The notes: generated by a model not told the origin, from the sequence alone. Shown: positions 26,168 through 45,442, counted from the first letter of the stretch. The stretch: 64,000 nucleotides of DNA from Eledone cirrhosa (GCA_964016885.1 OZ024751.1:8494001-8558000), one strand, 5' to 3'. Numbers and translations: made by a program.

Positions 26168-27570
26168 ATGATAAACACGAAATGTGTTTACATTGCAACA
26201 GACAAAGTTAGCTATTAATGAAATAAACTAATAAAAGTGAATACAATTTGTCTGTCTCGATACAAGTCAATAAAAACAAGCTTATATTGCAACGGCCATG
26301 ATTCCTGGACGTATTTAAATTTCAAAATTCAAACCTGTTCTGTAGACGAATTTGAACCTCGAAACCCAAATAAGTTTCATTTACTTTAAATGTATTAACT
26401 GCTCGGAAGAGCCCCTTCCTGGAGCTTAATTATTGTAAACGACTGAGAGTTTATTCTCAAAATATAATATAATGTATAGCTCCTTTATTGTAAGAGCTGA
26501 TCCTTAATCCTGCATAAGCGGCTGTTATTTCTAGCACCGTGAATGTGGTATATCTAGTTTTGGCCTGCCTACCCACGTGTAGTCAGACCTGCAAAATGTT
26601 TGATGTGAGATAGACTAATCTTACTGGATTCCTGTTGATAAGCACAGAAGATTTGGACATTTCACTCTTTTATTTCTATTCCATTTCGATTCTCTTTATT
26701 TTTCAATTCACATTCCACCGTTGGGAAACTCATTTGGGTTTCGAGGTTCAAATTCGTCTACAGAACAGTTTTGAATTTTGAAATTTAAATACGTCCAGGA
26801 ATCATGGCCGGCTTGTCTCTATTGACTTGTATCGAGACAGACAAATTGTATTCACTTTTATTAGTTTATTTCATTAACAGCTAACTTTGTCTGTTGCAAT
26901 GTAAACACATTTCGTGTTTATCATATACTTTAAATGTATTAACTGCTCGGGGGAGCCCCTTCCTGGAGCTTAATTATTGTAAACGACTGAGAGTTTATTC
27001 TCAAAATATAATATAATGTATAGCTCCTTTATTGTAAGAGCTGATCCTTAATCCTGCATAAGCGGCTGTTATTTCTAGCACGTGAATGTGGGATAGCTAG
27101 TTTGGCCTGCCTACCCACGTGTAGTCAGACCTGCAAAATTTTTGATGTGAGATAGACTAATCTTACTAGATTCCTGTTGATAAGCACAGAAGATTTGGAC
27201 ATTTCACTCTTTTATTTCTATTCCATTTCGATTCTCTTTATTTTTCAATTCACATTCCACCGTTGCGAAACTTATTTCGGTTTCGAGGTTCAAATTCGTC
27301 TACAGAACAGGTTTGAATTTTGAAATTTAAATATGTCCAGGAATCATGGCCGTTGCCAGTATAAGCTTGTCTTTATTGACTTGAATCGAGACAGACAAAG
27401 TGTATTCACTTTTATTAGTTTATTTCATTAATAGCTAACTCTGTCTGTTGCAATGTAAACACATTTCTTGTTTATCATATACTTTAAATGTATTAACTGC
27501 TCGGAAGAGCCCCTTCCTGGAGCGTAATTATTGTAAACGACTGAGAGTTTATTCTCAAAATATAATATAA
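26168..27570. repeat. Family E tandem repeat (~545-555 bp, 2.1 units) preceded by an inverted 210-bp partial unit
   Basis: Units start near 26383, 26927 and 27481; 26168-26378 is the reverse complement of the unit end; related to 62470-63330. Confidence 0.88.
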
Positions 27571-27718
27571 TATATATATATGTATATATATATATACATA
27601 TGTATATATATATATGTATATATATATATATGTATATATATATACATATGTATATATATATATATGTATATATATATACATATGTATATATATATATAGG
27701 TATATATATATACATATG

Positions 27719-27805
<87 letters not shown>

Positions 27806-27834
27806 GTATATATATATATGTATATATATATATG

Positions 27835-27885
<51 letters not shown>

Positions 27886-27892
27886 GTATATA

Positions 27893-28004
27893 TAAGTTGT
27901 AATAAAATGAAAACGAGATTTCATTTCTCACTCTTAGTACGGCACTTACTTAAATGTAAGTATGTATACATACATATATATATGTATGCAGACGTATAGT
28001 AGCA

Positions 28005-28052
<48 letters not shown>

Positions 28053-28478
28053 CAGGTACACATACATATATGCACGTATCAGTTAAGCGGACGCTTATTA
28101 TAGCGCCCGCTTTGATCGTTTGTAAACAAACTGAACAGCCTGAATTTATGCCGTACGGTGTTAAGGCGACCACGTCACCTTTTTGTTCAACACTGACACA
28201 GGAACGATGTACTAGTTTCAAGCTTGTTAGCTATCATCAGCACCGTATACCCTTCTGCCAGATGGTTGAACGTTCGAAAGTATATACTTTCCTTATGAAA
28301 ATTAACGGCTGAGCAGCCTAATTTCCATATCGAGTGAGTTCGGACAGGCGTACCGAGAACGATAAGTTGCAATAAAATGAAAACGAGATTTCATTTCTCA
28401 CTCTTAGTACGGCACTTACTTAAATGTAAGTATGTATTTATACGTACATACATATATGTATACAGACGTATAGTAGCA

Positions 28479-28548
<70 letters not shown>

Positions 28549-28980
28549 CAGGTACACATACATATATGCACGTATCAGTTTAGCGGACGCTTATTATAGC
28601 GCCCGCTTTGTTCGTTTGTAAACAAATTGAACAGCCGGAATTTATGCCGTAAAGTGTTAAGGCAACCACGTCACCTTTTTGTTCAACACTGACACAGGAA
28701 CGATGTACTAGTTTCAAGCTTGTTAGCTATCATCAGCACCGTATACCCTTCTGCCAGATGGTTGAACGTTCGAAAGTATATACTTTCCTTATGAAAATTA
28801 ACGGCTGAGCAGCCTAATTTGCATATCGAGTGAATTCGGCCAGGCGTACCGAGAACGATAAGTTGTAATAACATGAAAACGATATTTCATTTCTCACTCT
28901 TAGTACGGCACTTACTTAAATGTAAGTATGTATGTATACGTACATACATATATGTATACAGACGTATAGTAGCATGTATA
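27893..28980 (-). repeat. Retrozyme-like array, subfamily A (2.2 units, 496 bp)
   Basis: HHRs at 28203-28247 and 28699-28743 on the minus strand. Confidence 0.9.
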
Positions 28981-28988
28981 TATATATA

Positions 28989-29106
<118 letters not shown>

Positions 29107-29111
29107 TTATA

Positions 29112-29176
<65 letters not shown>

Positions 29177-29199
29177 AATATATATATATATTATATATA

Positions 29200-29418
<219 letters not shown>

Positions 29419-29431
29419 TATAATTATTTAT

Positions 29432-30522
29432 ATAAAAACAAATAACGAAACGAAATTAAATTTCGTTTCGTTTGTAACTTACTTTTGTATGACTGACGCT
29501 TAAACAAATTGAGTTGAAAATGTACATCCACATATGTATACTGAAATACTAGTATGCATATGAATACACACACGTATACATATGTAGATGTACCAAGTTT
29601 TTGACTGGTCACTTTACTGTGAGTGTCCAGCTATTCTGTATGTAAACACACAGTCAAACCGGTTTTTAGAGTCATACTAGTTTTTGAGGAAACACCTTTC
29701 CTCTATTCTCCAGAAAGCCAGACGAGGAATATTGAACTAGTTTCGTTGTTGTTACAACTCATCAGCAATATTTACCTATCTTCCGGCCTTTCTGGAGAAT
29801 CGTAAAAGCACATATCGTTATATGCTTTTTCTATGAAAATTAGTAGTGGGCAGACTAATTTGCATAGAGTGTGAGTACGTACCGGTTCAACGGAGACGAT
29901 AAAAACAAATAACGAAACGAAATTAAATTTCGTTTCGTTTGTAACTCACTTTTGTATGACTGATGCTTAAACAATTAAGTTAAAAAGTTAAAAATGTACA
30001 TCCACATATGTATACTGAAATACTAGTATGCATATGAATACACACACGTATACATATGTAGATGTACCAATTAAGTTAAAAAGTGAGTTACAAACGAAAC
30101 GAAATTTAATTTCGTTTCGTTATTTGTTTTTATCGTCTCCGTTGAACCGGTACGTACTCACACTCTATGCAAATTAGTCTGCCCACTACTAATTTTCATA
30201 GAAAAAGCATATAACGATATGTGCTTTTACGATTCTCCAGAAAGGCCGGAAGATAGGTAAATATTGCTGATGAGTTGTAACAACAACGAAACTAGTTCAA
30301 TATTCCTTGTCTGGCTTTCTGGAGAATAGAGGAAAGGTGTTTCCTCAAAAACCAGTATGACTCTAAAAACCGGTTTGTCTGTGTGTTTACATACAGAATA
30401 GCTGGACACCCACAGTAAAGTGACCAGTGAAAAATTTGGTACATCTACATATGTATACGTGTGTGTATTCATATGCATACTAGTATTTCAGTATACATAT
30501 GTGGATGTACATTTTTAACTTA
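29432..30522. repeat. Retrozyme-like subfamily C (467-bp unit); minus block 29432-30070 joined to plus block 30070-30522
   Basis: HHR AATATTG-CTGATGA-GTTGT aaca ACAAC-GAA-ACTAGT-T-CAATATT at 29728-29772 (-) and 30260-30304 (+). Confidence 0.9.
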
Positions 30523-31995
<1,473 letters not shown>

Positions 31996-31998
<3 letters not shown>

Positions 31999-32213
31999 AA
32001 GGCGTGTAGCTGAGTGGTTAGAGAATTGGATTCACAATGTTGAGGTTGTGAGTTCGATTCCTGGACCGGGCGATGCGTTATGTCCTTGGGCAAGACACTT
32101 TATTTCACGTTGCTCCTTCTACCTGGAGTTGCGTCCGATAGATAGTACTAGCAACTGGAAAGACCAACGGAAACATTGTTTCCTCGGTCCGATTTGACGA
32201 GAGTCGATCGATC
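31996..32213 (+). mobile_element. tRNA-derived SINE family 1, full length
   Basis: A box TAGCTGAGTGG and B box GTTCGATTCC; flanked by (TA)n. Confidence 0.88.
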
Positions 32214-32429
32214 ATTTTTATATATATATATATATATATACCAGTTCAGCTTCTGGCTGTTGTTTTTCTAATAATGGCTACGTAAAATAAATACCCTCGC
32301 AACTATAAATTTTGAAAATAAAAACAAAACAAAACAAGTAATAACAAAATCACAGATAAATTTGAAGACTAAAATCCAAAGAGGGCTCGATAAGGATAAA
32401 TATATATCAAATATATAAGAACCGTAGAG

Positions 32430-33813
<1,384 letters not shown>

Positions 33814-33844
33814 ATACTTATATGTATATATATGTATATATATT

Positions 33845-33875
<31 letters not shown>

Positions 33876-33880
33876 ATATA

Positions 33881-34353
33881 TACAATATTAAATAAATGGA
33901 AAACTATATTTATAAAACCATATTTATTTCATTATATATATTTCGGGGATATCATATTAACAATATGCTATGCCTTCATCAGACAAAATACAATATAAAC
34001 AGTTTTATAGATAAATATATTCGACATACCGTAATAAACATCAACTTCATTTGAAGAGGTTCACTCTAGCAGTGAAAATACAGAGAGAAAGAAAGAGAGA
34101 GAGAAAAGAGGGAAATAAGAAAGAAAGAAAGACGAAACGAAGAAAAGGAAGAAAAAGAAGAAAAAGAAGAAATGCATGGGACAAAATAGAGAGATGGAAA
34201 AATAGATAAAGCGAAGAGCTTCATGTAAAGAGACCGAAAGAGATATATATATATATATAGAGAGAGGAAATAGAGATAGATACATATATAAATATAGATA
34301 TAGAAAAATTAGGTAGTGGGAGGTCATTTTGAGTAAGTGTATCAATGATGCAT

Positions 34354-34388
<35 letters not shown>

Positions 34389-37300
34389 GCTCAAGTATTA
34401 ATGTAAGGGAGATATAGAGAGATATAGAGAGATATAGAGAGAGAAAAATTTAAAAATAGCCAGACATATTCGAGGCGTAGAAAACCCTATGTTTTAATGT
34501 ATTAGTATTTATAAAACTTACACTATATTGTAAATATCAGTATTCCTGAATGAAACAAGTATTCACAATGCGTGAAAATTCATTATCTTATGTTTAGTTT
34601 TTTAAAAAATTCATATGTCTATGTGAATCCAACTGATTCACTCCGCAAATTCAAAGTTACCGGAAAACATTCTCAATGTGGTATAAACATTTGAGCGTAT
34701 TATTATTCTTGCGATTACTCTACAAGATTATCTATCAAGCAGAAATAGAGAGCAGATTTCAATATACTAATCGAAAATATATATTATATTATAAGCAGAG
34801 ATAACAATAATAATGATAATAAGTAAAAATATATAAAAATATAAAAATATAGAATAGAAAACTAAAAAAGAATATTACGAAAGAATATTACATAATAAAA
34901 ATATTGCATATTAAAAATACTATGTTTTAAAATTATTACGTATTAAAACTTTACATATAAAAATATTAAAAATAAAAATAAAATAAAATAAAAAATAAAA
35001 AATAAAAATATAAAAATATTATAGAATACTACAATACTAAAAGAATAAAAATAAAAATAAAAATAAAAATAAAAATAAAAATAAAAAATAAACCACAAAG
35101 AACAACCCTTCAAGGTTAATTGACAATATATTGCCAAGTTCACTACAAGACAAAGCCAAAAATTATCTATCAAATCACATCTAGCAAGGAATATCGCAAA
35201 AAAAAAAAAGGTTATGATGTCCAATAATGTCTACATATGTTCCTATATTTAATATATAAGTTTATCAAGTGTAAGGTTAATTCATAAAATTTGGAGCATC
35301 GGCTTTTAGGGTAGCTTAATTTTTCATGAGGAATGTTTAGATAAAAATAAAAATAAAAAATAAAAATAAAAATAAATACAATAAAATAAACAGTAAAAAG
35401 AGGGAATCAAAGATTTAGGAATCAAAAGATTTATCGGCTAGTTCTCATATAAATATAAATCAAACTAAATATACTACATAAATTTAAATTTATATTTAAA
35501 CGTTGAGTTTAATCTATGTTTGCAACAACTGAATAAATTTGTCCGTAGGTTAAGGGAATTTTTAGATTTTAGTATAAAGAATATCTCCTCTGCGCAGAGG
35601 TCACATGTCTCAGAGGATGAATTAAAAGGAATCCCTCTTGAGACTATATTCCAAGCCGTCGAATATCTAACGTTATCTAGCTTAAGTTGCCAGAGTACAC
35701 CTGATAGTGCCGTTGAAGATTTTTTATTTGGATCTGTGAAAGAATTCTTGTGGTTATTATAGCGAAGTTTAAATTCCGTCGATGTGGAACCGACGTAGTT
35801 AAAAGAATTAGAGTCAGTATTAACATTACAATTGTATACTATATTTTTAACTAAGCAGTTGTTATTTAACGGACATTTAGATCTATCTCTACAGTTGCAT
35901 TTGTTAACTTGTATATTATTTTATGCTATTATCAGTAGTTTTTAAGTTCCTATTATTTATTCTATTAATATTTTGTGCTAAATTTTTGGTGGATGAATAG
36001 GTTAATTTAATTGTATGCCTATTGAAGATTGAGTGGTACCTATGTGTTCTATGGAAGCGATTATCAAGAGCTTTGAAAAATAATTTAGCGATGTGGGTTT
36101 AATGTTTAGTGAGAAAGGGGGGGGCAAACCAAATTATGTTCCTAGTTCTATTCTTTTTTGTCCTTTGGAATTATTGTAATGCTTTCTATTATAGTTGTTA
36201 ATGTTGTTGCCATAATTAAAAAAGTTGTTACTTTGTTTAGTTTGTTTTATCATTATCTATGTACACAATCTTATCAGCATACCCTGCCCTAGCTAGTGCA
36301 TCATTATAGTATTGGGCCTTTTCGTCAAAAATCTTTCTATTCGACGAGATCCTAGAGATACGCTTTTGGACTGAGTTTACTATAGTGTTTTTGACAGATC
36401 TGGGGTGGTTAGAGTTAAAGTTGACATAGTTTAAGTTTTCATTCAACTTGTGAAAAGGATAGTGGAGATATGTGTTGAGATTTAATGTTATATCTAGGAA
36501 ATTGACTATTCTATGGTTGTTCTCAATTTCTATTTTAAGGTTAAAGTAATTAAAAAATTTTGTAATTTGTTTACATTTTCTATTTAGTTCAGGGTTATTA
36601 TTATTAATGAGTAAAAGCATGTCATCCCTATATAAACCTCCGGTAGTACCAGGTATTTTCCTATGTAGCGAATTGATTAAAAATAAGCCACAAGGTCAGT
36701 TACTTGAGCTGAGTCGGAAGATCCCATAGTTATGTCAAAATTGCTATCTCTATCTGCTCTGGTCATAATTTGTCATCAAATTCTATCAAAGTTTTCCTAG
36801 CCGATAATATAATATGCATTTCTTTGCTAGTTAGGTCCGTATGTTTGAATGCGTAATTTAGTGCCTTATTTAGTAGACTAGGGGTAATAGAAGAATAATA
36901 GTTAGCTATATCAAGTTGAATAAACCTATTATTATTGTCATATTTAATTTGCCTAAAACCACTCAACAACCTCTCCGTTCCCTTCCACAAGCTCAGGTTA
37001 GATACATAATCCAAGTTCTTAATTTGCAGTATCACCCTGTCAAGAATGTTTTTGCTTAATTTGCCCAGGTCCGATTTTGAAGGTGCGATTAATCTAACTG
37101 GCAGGTCAATCTCAAAATTCCTCTTGTGGTCCTTCATATTGATCTTCGGTTTCCTGGGCACAAAAGGTTGTGTTCTGTTCTCAATTTCCAACTCATGCAT
37201 TATACAAGATGCTTCAACATTCATTTTCACAAGTTCGGTCTTATCTGCTACCTTGTATTTTTTTCCTCAGCTCTTTCAGTATGAGGCCATTATACATGTC

Positions 37301-38034
37301 TTTTCTGCACTCCATAGAGGTTGTTGGTCTTGTCAGATTTCACCAAGATCTTCTCAGTTTTCTCTAAGCTCTCAATGTTATCCTTAATGCCTTTCAGATA
37401 TTCCTGGCCTTTAAAGTTTCTCTTGAATTTGACCCCTTGTATGATAGAAATTATATCGTTTTCAAAGTCAGATAAAAGTTTGTTAGGGGGTGGATTTCTT
37501 TTAGATTTGATAACTTGTGTTTAAGTCCGAGATATTTTCGTCTGCATTAAATTTATCAAAGTGGAATGCACGCCACCTGATTCTCCTTATAAAAGAGTCA
37601 GATTTATCTATTAGTTGTTTTACAAAGTCTTTGTTTCTAGGTAGAGGTATGTCTTTTAGAGAGGAAGTAATCTTAAAGAATTCCATTTTTCAGTTATAAT
37701 ATAAAGCGCTCAACAGTATTGGAGCAAGATACATGTAAAGTTATATTTAAAATTGTTGGGTTACAACTAGTAAATATTTATAACTGATATAAAAGCACTC
37801 GACAAATACTTGGAGTATATTTACAATATTAAATAAATGGAAAACTATATTTATAAAACCATATTTATTTCATTATATATATTTCGGGGATATCATATTA
37901 ACAATATGCTATGCCTTCATCAGACAAAATACAATATAAACAGTTTTATAGATAAATATATTCGACATACCGTAATAACATCAACTTCATTTGAAGAGGT
38001 TCACTCTAGCAGTGAAAATACAGAGAGAAAGAAA
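33881..38034 (-). mobile_element. Near full-length Naiad-like PLE with 213-bp direct terminal repeats (33881-34094, 37822-38034), each with a hammerhead
   Basis: Frameshifted ORF 37686 to 35474 (MEFFKI..FIRRIRWRAFHF; GLYRDD; GIY-YIG). The repeats are identical except for one indel. HHRs at 33925-33990 and 37866-37931. (TA)n on both sides. Confidence 0.92.
35474..37686 (-). pseudogene. PLE reverse transcriptase-GIY-YIG endonuclease, frameshifted
   Basis: ORF pieces 37501-37686, 36763-37230 and 36237-36620 plus the EN region; closely similar to 559-2601. Confidence 0.9.
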
Positions 38035-38036
38035 TT

Positions 38037-38070
<34 letters not shown>

Positions 38071-38209
38071 TATAATATAATATAATATATATATATTATA
38101 TATATATATATATATATATTATATAATATATATAATATATAATTTATATATATATATATTTATATATATATATATATATAATATATATAATATATATATA
38201 TATTTATAT

Positions 38210-38265
<56 letters not shown>

Positions 38266-38275
38266 ATATATAATA

Positions 38276-38314
<39 letters not shown>

Positions 38315-38319
38315 AATAT

Positions 38320-38351
<32 letters not shown>

Positions 38352-38504
38352 ATTAATATATATATTTATATATATAATATTTATATATATATAATATATT
38401 TAATTATATATATATATATATATATAATATATATATATATAATTATAATATTATATATATAATTTATATATATATTATATATATATATTATATATATATA
38501 TATA

Positions 38505-38546
<42 letters not shown>

Positions 38547-38560
38547 TATATATTATATAA

Positions 38561-38601
<41 letters not shown>

Positions 38602-38810
38602 TTATATATTATTATTATATTAATATATAATATATATATATTTATATATATATTTATATATTATAATATATTTATAATATATTTATATATATATATTATA
38701 TATTTATATATTATATATTTATTATATATATATATATTATATATTATATATTTATGTATATATTTATATATATGTAATATTATATTTATATATATATATA
38801 TATATTATAT
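38035..38810. repeat. Degenerate (TA)n tract
   Basis: Seen directly in the sequence. Confidence 0.95.
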
Positions 38811-39820
38811 TTCGGCCCACGAAATAACATAAAAACAACCTCCGAGATGTGCGGCAAGTGCTCAATGATTCAGATGAACAGAACTATAACAAACGTTAAA
38901 GGCCAAACACACTGAGACGATGGTTAAACATCGCATAGCCAAAAAAAAACGATCAAGTAATTCGGGTATTGAAAATTTACCCGAGCCCTGGAAGGTTGGT
39001 AAATCCAGTATATGGGTTTCTGCGGCTCCTAAATCAAGTACCGTCCGCTTACATAAATAATGTCAGGCTTCTGGTAAGATGAATTGAACAAGGAAGCCAC
39101 TTTCTCAACAGGTTTTAGTTCAATGTTAATACAAGGACTGACTATTGCTTACCCCACGTGGGGAACGGCAAGGGAGGCAATCCTATATCAGGCGAATGAA
39201 TTCAGTTGTGTATATTTTTTGCAAGTATTCAAAAACATCACAAATCGAATAGAGTTCTCAACAGAAGGGTTAAAATTAATATAAGCTATTCATCAAGGGT
39301 TAAAATTAATATAAGCTATTCATCAGCCAATAGAATCAACTAAAAAATCAAGAAAATTAACTGGTCAATAGCTAGAGTCTGGAGAAGAATACAAACATAA
39401 ATTATAGAGATTCGCATTTCGGCACACGAAATAACGAAAAACAACTTCCGAGATGTGCGGCAAGTGCTCAATAATTGAGATAAACCAGAGCTATAACAAA
39501 CGTTAAAGGCCAAACACACTGAGACGATGGTTAAACATCGTATAGCCAAAAAAAAACGATCAAGTAATTCGGGTATTGAAAATTTACCCGAGCCCTGGAA
39601 GGTTGGTAAATCCAGTATATGGGTTTCTGCGGCTCCTAAATCAAGTACCGCCCGCTTACATAAATAATGTCAGGCTTCTGGTAAGATGATTGAACAAGGA
39701 AGCCACTTTCTCAACAGGTTTTAGTTCAATGGTAATACAAGGATTGCCTCTTTTGCCGTTCCACGTGGGGAACGGCAAAGGAGGCAACCCCTATATCAGG
39801 CGAATGAATTCAGTTGTGTT
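38809..39820. repeat. Non-coding tandem duplication, ~607-bp period, 1.7 units
   Basis: ATTTCGGC(C/A)CACGAAATAAC recurs at ~38809 and ~39416, followed by ~400 bp of high identity. Confidence 0.85.
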
Positions 39821-39844
39821 ATATATTTATATATATATATATGC

Positions 39845-40616
39845 AAAAGTTCTATTTAAATTGTTGGGATACAACAAGCAAATATTTTTATAACTGATAT
39901 AAAGCATTCGACAAGTATTTGGAGTAAATATACGATATTAACAAATGGAAAGTATATTTATAAAACCATATCTATTTTATTATACATATTTCAAGGATAC
40001 CATGTTAAATTATGGTATGCTTTCATCAGACAAAATACAATATATACCAGTTTTATAAATAAATATTGACGTACCCTTTCAAAATGCAACCGTTACTTTT
40101 GGAAGACATCAGGGTTAGTGGATTTGTTTATTTTAGTAAGTCGTTGTATGAAGGAGAAGGAAAATGACTTAATATGACATGACTTAAGGTTTTCGTTCTC
40201 TCCCCTCTCTCTATTTCTATATTTCTCTCTCTTGGTTTTTTTCTGTCTATCTGGTGTTTTGATATCTCTCTTTTCTTTTTCTCTGTTTTCTTTTTTTCAT
40301 TTTTCTTTCTTCTTTTTCTTTCTTTATCTCTCCCTTTCTTTCTCCACTTTTCTCTCTCTCGGTTTTTCTCTCTCTCCGTCTTTTTCCTTCTCCTTAACAC
40401 AACGACTTACTAAATAAACAAATCCACTATCCCTGATGTCTTCCAAAAGTAACGGTTGCATTTTGAAAGGTTACGTCAATATTTATTTATAAAACTGGTA
40501 TATATTGTAATTTGTCTGATCAAAGCATACCATAATTTAACATGATATCCTTGAAATATGTATAATAAAATAGATATGGTTTTATAAATATAGTTTCCAT
40601 TTGTTAATATCGTATA
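39845..40616. mobile_element. Inverted pair of family-F PLE terminal repeats (39929-40147 / 40399-40616)
   Basis: HHRs at 39973-40037 (-, intact CTGATGA) and 40508-40572 (+, CTGATCA). Confidence 0.85.
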
Positions 40617-41915
<1,299 letters not shown>

Positions 41916-41970
41916 TCGTTTCTGAATTTGTTTAGCAAGATTCTTTATCTGAAATCGTGTGTTGAAACGA

Positions 41971-42483
41971 TATTGTTATACTTTGGGAGGGTCATGTTGC
42001 TAATAAGAAACACACGCACCAGTTGCTTTCACTTCAATTTATTATATATTTATAAATTTATAATTTATAAATTTACAAATCTACAAACTTATACATTTCT
42101 GGTTGGTTGGTTGGTTGGTTTCACAACCAGATAGTTGTTTATATATAGTCATAGTCCTTTCGTCACACACCCTGTGACCTCTTCAGTGACTGATGATTCT
42201 TTCTTTGTTTCTGAGCCTTTCCTTTTATCTATCCTACGCCATTTTGTTTCTGTGTGTGTGTTGTGTGCTCAGTTTGCGCATGCGCCACATCGGGTGTCTG
42301 TGTGTGTTTGTGTTCATTTATCTATTTGTTTATTTATTTATTTATTGTTGGTTGGTTGTTTGTTCTATGTGTGTGTGTATTTTCATGTTGTCCTGTGTTT
42401 GTTTTCATTTTGTCCTTAATTGTAAGTTGTTTGTTCTATGTGTGTGTTTCTTATTGGCAACATGACCCTCCCAAAGTATAAAA
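41971..42483 (-). mobile_element. PLE 3' UTR (family G) with hammerhead at 42147-42191 and short inverted termini
   Basis: Reverse complement of 44080-44490; AGTCA-CTGAAGA-G-GTCACA gggtg TGTGAC-GAAA GGAC TA-TGACT. Confidence 0.82.
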
Positions 42484-43711
<1,228 letters not shown>

Positions 43712-44490
43712 ATTGTTGTACTTGGGGAGGGTCATATTTGTGTAATATTGCCAGAATTAATAACAGAACACACTCACTGTTTGGTTGGTTTTCGCTTCTC
43801 GCTGTCTTTTATATCTGCAATCTAGCTTACTCGGTCCTCAATGTTGCCATTTATAAATGCCATTTATAAATGAACAGTGGCGAGACCTTCAAGATAGTAA
43901 AGAATCATCTGTACTCTACCAACATGCTAAAATAGAACACAAGGGTAAATTAGAGAACATAGAAATAAAAATAGAATCTATACACAGAAAAGACGCAATG
44001 TTTAGACAAATTACAGAGGCAATAAACATAAAAGAATTACAACCAAAATTAAATAGAAAAATATGAGTGGAACAGCAACATCACAACTTACAATTAAGGA
44101 CAAAATGAAATCACACACACACATAGATCAAACAACCAACCAGTAACATGTAAATAACAAATAAATGAACATAAACACACACAGACACCGAATGTGGCGC
44201 ATGCGCAGACTGAGAACACAACACACACACAGACACAAAATGGCGTAGGACAGAACAAAGGAGAGGCACAGAAACAAAGAAAGGAATCCCCAGTCACTGA
44301 AGAGGTTACAGACTGTGTGACGAAAGAAATATGACTATATATAAACAACTATCTGGTTGTGGAACCAACCAACCAACCAGAAATTTATAAATTTATAAAT
44401 TTATTATAAATTTATTATAATAAATTGAAGTGAAAGCAACTGGTGCGTGTGTTTCTTATTGACAACATGACCCTCCCAAAGTATAACAAT
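43712..44490 (+). mobile_element. PLE family G 3' fragment (GIY-YIG C-terminus 43870-44070, HHR 44292-44336) with an inverted related terminus at 43712-43860
   Basis: SVLYQHAKIEH..RQITEAINI..LNRK is homologous to 5520-5720; 43712-43815 is inverted-similar to 6120-6225. Confidence 0.82.
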
Positions 44491-44702
44491 ATATATATAT
44501 ATAAAACAGTACACATGAGTAAAATTTCATTCCACATGTATTTGTATGACAAAAATATTTTGTACGATATATAAAGCTTGGATTAAATCATCTATTGAAT
44601 TAAATAGACGCAACTATTTTGAGTAAATCGACATTTTCAGACTTACCAAAATGTGTTTGCATCTTTTAAAGCAATTTACCGAAAATATATTGAATTTGAT
44701 TG

Positions 44703-44801
<99 letters not shown>

Positions 44802-44940
44802 GAAAAGTGTAATTTTCTACACAAAACGAAGGTTATAGAGAAAATTGAGGTTGGTAATGGCACATGGAATATATAAGAGACAGAATACTTTTTTGTGAAA
44901 AAACATAATTTTATAAGGTAAGGAAATAATAAAGGGTATA

Positions 44941-44988
44941 AAAAATGACGGGTTTCGATGGGTCTGCAAAAGCCATCTTTTCAAATGT
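44941..44988 (-). ncRNA. Hammerhead candidate with U3-A8 core variant
   Basis: AACAT-TTGAAAA-GATGG..CCATC-GAA-ACCCGT-C-ATTTT. Confidence 0.55.
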
Positions 44989-45442
44989 TGATTAATATTA
45001 AGAAAAATTAATAATACGAAGAGTTAAAATTTGAGATTTGAAAATTCAAGTATAAAATTCATTGTGGGATTTCATAGCAGTTTTCATCTAGGTAGCAACA
45101 ACAGGTTGACTGCTGTGTCCCTTTCTGGTAGTGAATGAGAAGTTATTTGGGGTGTGGGTTATTTTATAAAGGTCAGATTTAGCAATCACCAACTGGCCAG
45201 CTGCTGATCAGTGAGGGGGTGGAAGCAATATACATACACATATCTTCCTGTGGTGGGTAGGGGAGTGGAGCGTGATAGAAAGGGATTTAGTGCACTTACA
45301 CCTACATATACACACATACCTTCATCCACACATACATACATATACATATACATATATATATATATATATATAGTATATATACATATACACACATACATAC
45401 ACACACACATACATATACATACACACACACATATATACACAT

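Noticed and set aside
26520-26536. Resemblance of GCTAGAAATA(A)C to the Cas9 sgRNA tetraloop
   Set aside because: Short chance match inside a native repeat.
39150-39210. HDV-like ribozyme suggested by GGCGAATG after a hairpin
   Set aside because: I could not assemble P1/P2/P3 or the L3 motif.
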